The notes under the pieces: model-generated
Seen by the model: only the letters and a program-made list of their open reading frames with translations
Told to the model about the DNA's origin: nothing
Database searches by the model: none
NCBI GenBank assembly: GCA_964016885.1
Contig: OZ024758.1
Coordinates: 29,946,001 to 30,010,000, forward strand
Direction: 5' to 3'
DNA from: Eledone cirrhosa
Lineage: Eukaryota
DNA length: 64,000 bases
In this document: positions 54,422 to 64,000 of the stretch, in pieces
Layout: each line of letters opens with the position of its first letter
Numbering within the stretch: the first letter of the stretch is position 1
Made by a program: the position numbers and the translations under genes

Positions 54422-54646
54422 CCTGTGTCAGTGTTGAACAAAAAGGTGACGTGGTTGCCTTAACACCGTATGGCATAAATTCAGGCTGTTCGCTTTGTTT
54501 ACAAACGAACAAAGCGACGTTAGCGCCGCTAAACTGATACGTGCATATATGTATGTGTACCTGTATGCATATGTATATATATATATATGTGCATGCTACT
54601 GTACGTCTGTATACATATATGTATGTACGTATACATGCATACTTAC

Positions 54647-54693
<47 letters not shown>

Positions 54694-54809
54694 TCCTTGA
54701 TACTGTAAAATGATAGGGATAACTTTTCTAGTGGCTGCTATTCTGTAATGATAAAGTATTTTACAACTCGTAGTAGTAAAACATTGTATGAATATATATA
54801 TATACACAC

Positions 54810-54851
<42 letters not shown>

Positions 54852-57302
54852 CACACATGAACACACATATATATAGGCGATACCTTTGCACCAAGGTGGA
54901 TGAAATGTTATATAAGACTACAACTTTTCATGGAGAAGGTCATAGCCAAGCTTCTTATTCTTGTACTATTTGTACTCTTTTAAAGTCCATGAATATTGTA
55001 TAACCTCCTGCACTGCAGTAGATATTTTTAAATGTTACTGATTAAAACAAATAATTCATTTACTGCAATATTAATTATTATATAAAGATTCATACCACTA
55101 TGAATTGATAGTATCTGTGTTGAGTGCTAACTGTGGCTTACACTCAGATTAATTATTTCAATAGTAAAAATAACTCCCACATGAATTAACTAACTTTTTG
55201 AACAAATATATATATAGGCGTGTGGCTGAGTGGTTAGAGAATTGGATTCGCAATCGTAAGGTTGTGAGTTCGATTCCTGGACCAGGCGATACGTTATGTC
55301 CTTGAGCAAGACACTTTATTTCACGTTGCTCCTTCTACCTGGAGTTGCGACCGATAGATAGTATTAGCAATTGGAAAGACCAACGGAAACATTGTTCCCT
55401 CGGTCCGATTTGACGAAAGTCGATCGTTCCTTTATATATAGTGAAAAGATAACAAGGACGATTGGTTACTCCTTCATTACATAATGAAGGATAACCAATC
55501 ATCCTTGTTATCTTTTCACTATAATACACTCTGTCTAGCTCTACACCTCGACACTGAAGTGAACCTAAACATCGAGTGTTCACTCGGGTGAACCTACAGT
55601 AACTCCAAGTTACACTCCCTGGATATATATATATATATTGGAAAATGTGTGAAGTCCTTGGTACAGTTAGGTATATTTGAAAAAAGGAAAATAATGACTT
55701 CACTTGTAGTTGGTATTCTAAATAATTTAATTTTTATATTTTACAATTTTATAATTTTATAATTTTGTTATGTAGCAAAATTATAAAATTATAAAATGGT
55801 CACAGCTGAGTTTGGTGGGTTGACAATTCATTTTATCCATTATTTAACCTACTGAGCAACAAACACCATGGTTTGCAGCATAGAGTTATGGCCCTTAACG
55901 TCCTGAGTTCAAATCCTAGCGAGGTTAGCTTTGCCTTAGGAGGTCAATTTAATTGACTTTGTCCTCGCCAAAATTGCTGGCCTTGTGCCTATAGTAAAAA
56001 TCATTATTTAACCTCCTGTCTTACCTTTAACCCTTTAGCATTTAAACCAGCCATATCTGGCCAGAATTTTCTCACCTCTTTCTGTTTAAACTGGCTGTAA
56101 CCTGCTGCTCATACTGATGTTAAGGAATCATTCTCAAAATAAATAATATATACTATTGTAGTTTCATGGTAAAGCCTTTATCTCACATAATATCGAATCC
56201 ATGAGATTTTGATATTATTTATTTTAAGAACCACACCTTAACATGAATGTGAGCAGTTGGTTACAGCTGCTTTGAACAGAAAGAGGTGAGAGAATTCTGG
56301 CCAGATATGATAGGTTTAAATGCAGGTTAAAAGGTTCCTTCTAACATAATTTGATGTAAGAACCTTTTGTTAAGTCATTTTACCAATATCATCTTAACTC
56401 TTTAGCATTTAAACCGGCCATATCCGGCCAGAATTCTCTCACAAACCAGCTGTAACCGGCCTCTCATACTGATGTTAAGGTATTGTTCTCAAAATAAATA
56501 ATATATAAATCTCATAAATTCGATATTATGTGAGATAATTATGAGGTAAAGCCTTTACCCCGAAAATACAATAGTAAATATAGAATAATGTAAATGTTAA
56601 AGGGTTAATAATGAAATTCTTTATAATCTTACTAAATCCCTCCAAATTCTTTGTTAATTAATTCAACACAGTTTGAATTTCATTAGGAATACGGTAACGA
56701 ACGGTTTAATACCTATAAGGTATAACTACAGATAACCCTTCCACCAACCACCAATTTGTTTCCTCATAATTTTCTTGATAATACATATTTTTGTGAAAAA
56801 TAGCTGGTAAATAGAGCTTACACCGTATTTTGACTAAGAGATTAGTATATTAGTTGGGATTTGTAAAAGCCCACAGAATGGAAAAGGGGATGAGCATTGA
56901 TGTACATGGACATGAACCCACTTTAATACGGTGTAAGCACTATTTACTAGCTATTTTTCAAAATCTCTGCTGTTTATAAACAAAGCCAAGCTTTGTATCT
57001 TCTATATATACATACTCTTTTTTTTTGTGAGATTCTGCAGATATTCATTTTCCATGTTGAAAAAAAAATTTTTAATTAATTTTTTTTAATACATTCATTA
57101 TTTTATATAGTTCTGTTCATTAATGTTTTCACTTATTTATTGAATACTTTTGTGTTTGTTGTAAACTACACTTTCAAAAAGAAAAGTGTAGTTTACAATT
57201 ATGTTGATGAAATTGAAAAAAAAACAAATAATAATAATTTTATTTTTTAGTCCTTTCATTATTGCATACATCGGTTTGTAAATGTTGTCATTACTGTGTA
57301 TC

Positions 57303-57518
57303 TTAACCCTTTAGCATTTAAGTCGGCTGTATCTGACCTGAATTCTCTCACCTCTTTCTGTTGAAACCGGCTGTAACTGGCTGCTCATACCGACATTGTG
57401 GTATTGTTCTCAAAATAAATAATAACAAAATCTCATACATTCGATATTATGTAAGATAAAGCCTTTACCATGAAAATACAATAGTAAATATTGAGTAATG
57501 TAAATGCTAAAGGGTTAA
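57303..57518. mobile_element. piggyBac-like TTAA MITE (representative copy)
   Basis: ttaa-ccctttagcattta...taaatgctaaaggg-ttaa. Other copies at ~18447-18872, 31622-32544, 36873-37073, 37341-37559, 44078-44292, 56027-56330, 56394-56608 and 62965-63165. Confidence 0.85.
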
Positions 57519-58086
57519 ATCTATATTTATAATTAGACTAAGCATAAACTGGGAAATAATTTTCATCATGCTTTCAAATTTCATGCTGATAATGAATAAC
57601 ATTAATCAGGATAATGACATAGATTTTCTACAAGAATGTAATGACATTTCAGCAAGAATTGCATACAAAAAAAATGTACAAAAAAAAAAAAAATGATTTT
57701 CATTTGATAGAGTGCATAGCTCGGATATCAGAGAGGCACACCAGGTAGAGTTGCTACTTCTCTAAATCGAGAGATCACAGCTCTGATACTATGAACATGT
57801 GGTTAGAATATCTTAGGAAAGAATCACTGGACAGATTTTATGGGTGAAACCAACCGGTAGGAGACTCAGGGGTAGACTCTGAGTAAGATGGTTGGGTAAC
57901 ATCCATGAGCTTGGTTGATCACGCTTGGGAATCTGGCCAGATCAGTTGGAGACGGTTGCTTCTGACAGGGCCCACTGGAAGGAGTGTTTGAGGACTCTGC
58001 CCCCACGACCCTCTCAGGAATATGTGGACAAAGAAGAGAAGATTAAGAGAATCTAATACAATCTATTAGAGTAAATAATTCCCCTA

Positions 58087-58195
<109 letters not shown>

Positions 58196-60795
58196 TCTTC
58201 AGCTCTTTACACACTCTCTAATTCTATCTCTGGCTATTATGCTTTCAGAACACCCACTCTAAATAGTGATTAGGCCACATAGATATAAGAAGATATCAAC
58301 TACTTCTCGGGACCATACCAGGCATTTGAAGGAATTCATTTCATGGTTGCTCTTGAGCGAGAGAGAAAGAGAGAGGGGATGAACAAGAGAGAGAGGGTTG
58401 AGAGAGAAAGAAAGAAAGGGGTGAGAGAGAAAGAAAGAAAGAGATGAGTGAGAGAGAGTAACAGAAAGAGATTGAAGGGGGTGGGGTGTGATAGCAGCCT
58501 TGGATAACTTTAACTTTTATTTATTTATTCGTTACACACTGTTTAACTCTCCCCCTTCCTCAGTGTTACATCTCTTTATTTATTTATTTCACACAAGTCG
58601 TACTGGGACTGTATGTGGATGTGTGCGCTTGTGTGTGTGTCAGCGTTCTTAAATTAGAGACGGGTGTGTGTGTACTTAAGTTAGAGACATATATGTTTGA
58701 TTGTCAAATATATATGGTTACAACATACACACACACTGGGTGAACGAGCTTTAATTGATTTTCGGATCTAATTGGACCCTCATATTTATATATATAGTTG
58801 TCTTTATTTTAGTGCTTATTGTTGATTGCAAGTGTTGTGTTTGCACCATATCTGTCCATAAAGTGCAGTGTAAGCAGGGCTAAGCACTCCATGTTGGCAG
58901 TATGTATCCATCAGTGATATGGGATCATGTAATCATGTAAAATACAACAAAGTATTGTTTTATGAATGAACATTAAGACAGTGTTGTGTTATTACATTAT
59001 TAAATTCAGTTCTGTTATGTGCATTTCCACAATGCCAGTGAATATTGAGTCACAGTAACTTCACATACGGGCATCTAACTGTCAAAATGTGGCAAAAATA
59101 GTGGAGACATGTGAATAAAATGTAAAACATGAATAGGACATGGACTTTGCCAGCTGTATTGCAGGCTACTTCTCTAATACAGAAATAACTCAGAACAAGA
59201 ATTGATGCTGTGTAGAGGGGAATCTTTAGTGCTTCATTCATCAGACGAACTCTCTAGTGCTGTTGCCGGCACAAAACATCCAGTCTATATTGTAAGAAAT
59301 ACACATCACCAAAGCTGATCAGTTTTCTATGTAGAGAGAACCTTCAGTTGTTGAGGATAAAAGGTTGACTTTAGTATCTGAGCACAAGGCTGTCCTAATG
59401 GCATATATAGGGGAGGTTAGTTGTAAGGAAATGTTATGTCCTTAACTAATGACATGCTTGCCATATTTAGCATACTTGCCTGGTGTATTGACTAATAGGC
59501 TCAGTATGCTAGGATATTGCTTTGTTCTTGCATAAAGATTGACTAAGAGAGGACAGTTATGGAAACTATCAACAGTAGTAGCTGCTCAAAATATTAAATA
59601 TAGCTAAACATATATAGAGGAGCTAGCTGTGATAGTTTACTACTGACTTCATTGTGGAAGGAAGGGAGTGTTATTGTGATAGGGCCATGGCTGTTAACAC
59701 ATGGTGGGGATGCATACCACCATATTGAAGGTGAGTGACATATGGAAATATTCTCATAAGCTGGGGTGTTTGGGAGGAAGGGGGAGCCCTAGGCTGTGAA
59801 ATATGGTGGAGCAGGTGGAAAAGCCATTGATTGTCAAATGTGGGAGAGTGGGGGAAAGCAGCTGTACCAACCTCAGCTTTGGTTTGCAGTTCATCCTGCT
59901 GATTACATGGTCAGAATAATATACATACATTATAGACTATATTAATGTTATTAGTAGCAATATATAGCTCATTATTTGTAGTAAAAATACATGCACACAT
60001 ACATTCACATATACTTTTATATAAGTTGCACTTTTTTTTTTCAACATAAAACCCAGCATGCATTCCCATCTACTGAAGCTACAATACTTCAAAATATATA
60101 GTACATTGCAAATGTATGTAAAATATAGGTGTGACTTATACGCAAGTATCTGAAGTAAATAGAAAGAGTAATTGAGAGTGATTTGGAAAGCGATTAGGAA
60201 TAAATTACCATATATATGGAGCCACATGGCTTAGTGGTTAAAGCATTGGCCTTGCAATCGAAAGGTTGTGAGTTCAATTTTCAGACCGGGTGATGTGTTG
60301 TTTCCTTGAGCAAGACACTTTATTTCACATTGCTCCAGTTTACTCAGCTGTAGAAATGAGATGATAGGGACTAGGGTCCCTATCATTCTACTGTAAAGTG
60401 GTTGTGGAAGTGTCACGGAAAAAAAGCACCCAGCCCACACAGTAAAGTGGACGTGTAGGCGCCATGGAAAAAAAAAGCACCCAGCACTCACTGTAAATGA
60501 GGTTGGTGTTAGGAAGGGCATCCAGCTGTAGAAATCAAGCCAGAATCAGTTCCCGTCCCACCCTTGCAAGCAGGGAAAAGCGGACGTAAAATGATGATGA
60601 TGATATACTCGAATATATGTTGACTTATATTTTATGTCTGAGAAATAGACAAAATCCAAACCTTGTGTATAAGCTGAGGTAGGTAATCCACACATTATGT
60701 TTAGATGTCACAGTTTTGAAATTCTCATTAGTGGAGAATATATTTATAAAGTTGTAATATTTTGATATTTAAAATGTTTTCAGTGTCGTTTAGAG

Positions 60796-61954
60796 CAGTG
60801 GCGCCAACATGGGTTCCGCGGAACCTTGGGGTTCCATAAAACAAACTCCGGGTTCCTTAAAAAAATAAATATTTACATTACCATTAATATTTTGGGTTTT
60901 CTGAAAAAGGTGCAAAGAAAATACCGAAGGTGCAATGTATAAATGAACGAGTACTATTGTAGTGTACACAGGTTCTCCACTCCAATTCGTGGAAAACAAT
61001 ACTTTCAGTTTCTCACTTGAATTGGCAGAAAAACACTGTTCTGGGATTCGTGCAAATTGAATACTTTCAATTTCACATCAATTCACATCAATTTTTTGAT
61101 TTCCATGTGTCTAACACACGTGGACATGCCCACAAAGTCAGAAAACAGCACAGTTCTCATGACTTTCGGAAACATTTTTTCACGCTCAGAGTTGCTGAAG
61201 CATGGAACAAACTGCCCTCATCAGTTGTTAGCTGTCGAGACACTGCATCCTTTAAGGCCTCCATGCTTCCCGAGATCCGCCAACACTATACCTAATGTCT
61301 CCCCTCCATAAACATACATACATGTATACCATGACTCATACACTATTCACTTCCCTGACATTTGTGTATTATTCTATGTAGGCAGTATCGGTAGAGGGTT
61401 GGACGCCATGCTTTGACGCATAGAGTTACGGCCCTTGCCATTCTGAGTTCAAATCCCGCCGAGGTTAACTTTGCCTTTCATCCTTATGGGGTCGATAAAA
61501 TAAAGTACCAGTAATGTACTGGATAATTGCTGGCCTTGTGCCAAAAGTAGAAACAATTATTCTATGTACTATACATGCACCTTTGACGAGTTGTAGTGCA
61601 CCTGAGCACTTTACACAATAATTTCATTATTATTATTGTTCTTGGAAAGACATAGTTTTCTGAATTCCGAGAATCTGACTACTACTGATAATACACTAAT
61701 TGAACTTAGAAATTGACCAATCACGAACAAGTAAATGTTGGTCGGTGACAGCATAACTTTAAACTGAAAACTTCAGTTCAGCGAGGTCTCTCAACAGAGA
61801 GACTGGGTTAGTTCGCTGTTCTCACAACGTAAGTTCACTAAAATAAATAAATACTTTATTTTTTTTTTTTGAAAAGTTTTGTATTGTATAGGTTCCGTGA
61901 AGAATTCAAAATATTTAGAGGGTTCCTCGGTTTTAGAAAGGTTGGCGACCACTG
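60796..61954. mobile_element. hAT-type non-autonomous DNA transposon with nested CR1 fragment and SINE
   Basis: TIRs cagtggcgccaac / gttggcgaccactg and a perfect 8-bp TSD gtttagag. Confidence 0.9.
61060..61637 (+). mobile_element. CR1-type LINE 3' end
   Basis: NTRGHAHKV...RKHFFTLRVAEAWNKLPSSVV...SFK motif and an (att)n tail. Confidence 0.85.
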
Positions 61955-63514
61955 GTTTAGAGTATAGGTTTTGTTTCATAACTCCATTATGTTATGTAAT
62001 GATTCTTTTTACCAATTTCTGGCCATTTTGAAGACCATATTTATTCTAAACATATAAAAAAATATCACAAGAAATTTAATTTCCAAAGTGAAACTGGTGT
62101 AATATTTACTTCCAAAGCGAAACTGTTGTAATATTCACGTCAAAAGTGAAATAGTAATATTTTAGCATCTCATATACATAGAATTTGAAATCAGCAAAAT
62201 ATTAGCCTTGAATATTTTACTGTTGAATTTTTTGTCATGTATTTCTTGGCTTATATACAAGTATATACGATATATATTAATAAGAAGAAAGATTAGACTT
62301 TCACATTAAGCTTTCACATTACGATATTTCTTATAAAAGACACTGCCTGTGGTTTTGTTATTATTAAGCTGGTATTTGGAACATTTAACAAAGTGTCTTA
62401 CAAATTATGATGAAAGGTTTTTAGGTAAATGTAAACACTTTACCCTTTAGTTACCAACCCAGCCAAAATCCAACCAACTCTGGTTCTATGCAATAAAATC
62501 ACCCCTTTTAAAGTAAAATCTTCCAACCTTACATTAAGTTACTATCTTACTAATAAAATAATTAATAATTTTAGAAAATCCCTCGAAATCCTTCATTAAT
62601 TAAAGGGTGAGAAAAATAAAATGTTTTGTATCATAGAACCAGGGGCAGTTCCAGATAGTTTGGTATCAAAAGGGCTAAACGGGATATAATCTTGATATTT
62701 CATTTAAAAAGGCTCTAGTCATAAAGAGAGGGAGAAAGAGATACCTTAGTTTCTTAGGGTTCTATATCTGTATGTTGATCTAGAGACCATATATGGTTGT
62801 CAGATATATATGAAGATAGTGGCAGTTGTGTTTTGGGTTACAAACATGTAGATAGCAATGGCAAGATTAGCCAAATCATGTAATGACTGAATATGTATCA
62901 CAGCACTTTGACAAGGTGGGGTGCTGGAAAGGGAGTGGGCATTCCCCTCCTCCACGGACTAACATTAATTCTTTAGCATTTAAACCAGCCAGAATTCTCT
63001 CATCTCTTTCTGTTCAAACTGGCTGTTACCAGTCACTCATACTGATGTTAAGGTATTGTTCTCAAAATAAATAATATCAAAATCTCAAGGATTCAATAAT
63101 ATATGAGATAATTATGTGAGGTAAAGCCTTTACCGTGAAAATACAATAGTATATATAGAGTAATGTCTGTCTGTCCATCCCTCCCTCTGCCTGCCTGTTT
63201 GTCTGTCCATCCGTCTGTCACACTCACTTAAATTTTAATTCTTACATAAAATTATGTCGGAAAATTTTAGTTCAAATAGAAACCCTTTAAAATGTGTTGT
63301 TTAAGGGCCAAAACACTTGCTTGAGGAGGGGGGGGAGAGGTCTTCTCTGAAGAATTTCTGCTGTCCAGATGTGCTGAGAGTCTTTTAATACTGGGTTATG
63401 TTTCATAGAACCAGAGCCAGTTTTAACCAGGTTGGAAACAAAAGGGTTAATGTTTCACATTCACCAAATGATACTTTCTTCATTTCTCTTCAGGCTCTGG
63501 TGGATTTACTAAAA

Positions 63515-63945
63515 CAGGGGTTGGCAACCTTTTGGGGTGTGCGGGCCACATTGCTATGTAGTCTCTCATTGGTGGGCCACATTGCTATGCAGTATCTCAT
63601 TGGGAGGCCACATTTCTATGTAGTCTCTCATTGGTAGGCCACATTGCTATGTAGTCTCTCATTGGTGGGCCACATTGCTATGTAGTCTCTCATTGGTGGG
63701 CCACATTGCTATGTAGTCTCTCATTGGTGGGCCACATTGCTATGTAGTCTCTCATTGGTGGGTCACATTGCTATGTAGTCTCTCATTGGTGGGCCACATT
63801 GCTATGTAGTCTCTCATTGGTGGGCCACATTGCTATGTAGTCTCTCATTGGTGGGTCACATTGCTATGTAGTCTCTCATTGGGAGGTCACATTGCTATGT
63901 AGTCTCTCATTGGTGGGCCACATTGCTATGCAGTGTCTCGTTGGT
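63515..63945. repeat. 30-bp minisatellite inside a probable hAT-like element end
   Basis: Begins caggggttggcaacc. Unit gggccacattgctatgtagtctctcattggt. Confidence 0.8.
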
Positions 63946-64000
63946 ATGCCATCATATCAAAATATAATAACTTTCCTCGACCTCAGACTGTTCTGTCCAG

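Larger units (their letters stand above)
52815..54650. repeat. 466-bp hammerhead-containing tandem repeat (~2.8 direct units plus ~1.1 inverted unit), retrozyme/PLE-pLTR-like
   Basis: Near-identical units start at about 52817, 53286 and 53752. Orientation switches at about 54124. Flanked by (TA)n on both sides. Confidence 0.9.

Noticed and set aside
52831-54512. Repeated 60-126-aa ORFs in the 466-bp units
   Set aside because: They are frameshifted between copies by (TA)n length variation and have no recognisable domain, so the unit is better explained as non-coding RNA.

Overview
AT-rich, repeat-dominated eukaryotic DNA. The SINE/RTE/microsatellite mix suggests a cephalopod (octopus-like) genome, which is an inference. 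The only host gene I can support is a + strand SLC7 L-type amino acid transporter (LAT/y+LAT/b0,+AT family): three phase-compatible internal exons at 28990-29115, 34686-34785 and 43921-43965, none annotated as spliced in the ORF track. I did not find its flanking exons, so most of the window is probably intronic. The rest is transposon-derived: a long open RTE LINE ORF with a PHD-like finger, RTE/CR1/CRE/Penelope fragments, two abundant tRNA-derived SINE families, non-autonomous Helitrons, hAT/piggyBac/Tc1-mariner MITEs and many mini- and microsatellites. The most striking feature is a set of type I hammerhead ribozyme motifs. A 466-bp tandem repeat carries one minimal hammerhead per unit (three on the - strand plus one inverted copy on +) and resembles a retrozyme/circular-RNA cassette. 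Three further unrelated hammerheads (one degenerate) have very long stem II helices, and one lies next to a Penelope GIY-YIG remnant. Almost all short ORFs in the supplied track are repeat artefacts. All alignments and folds were done by eye, and repeat boundaries are approximate.
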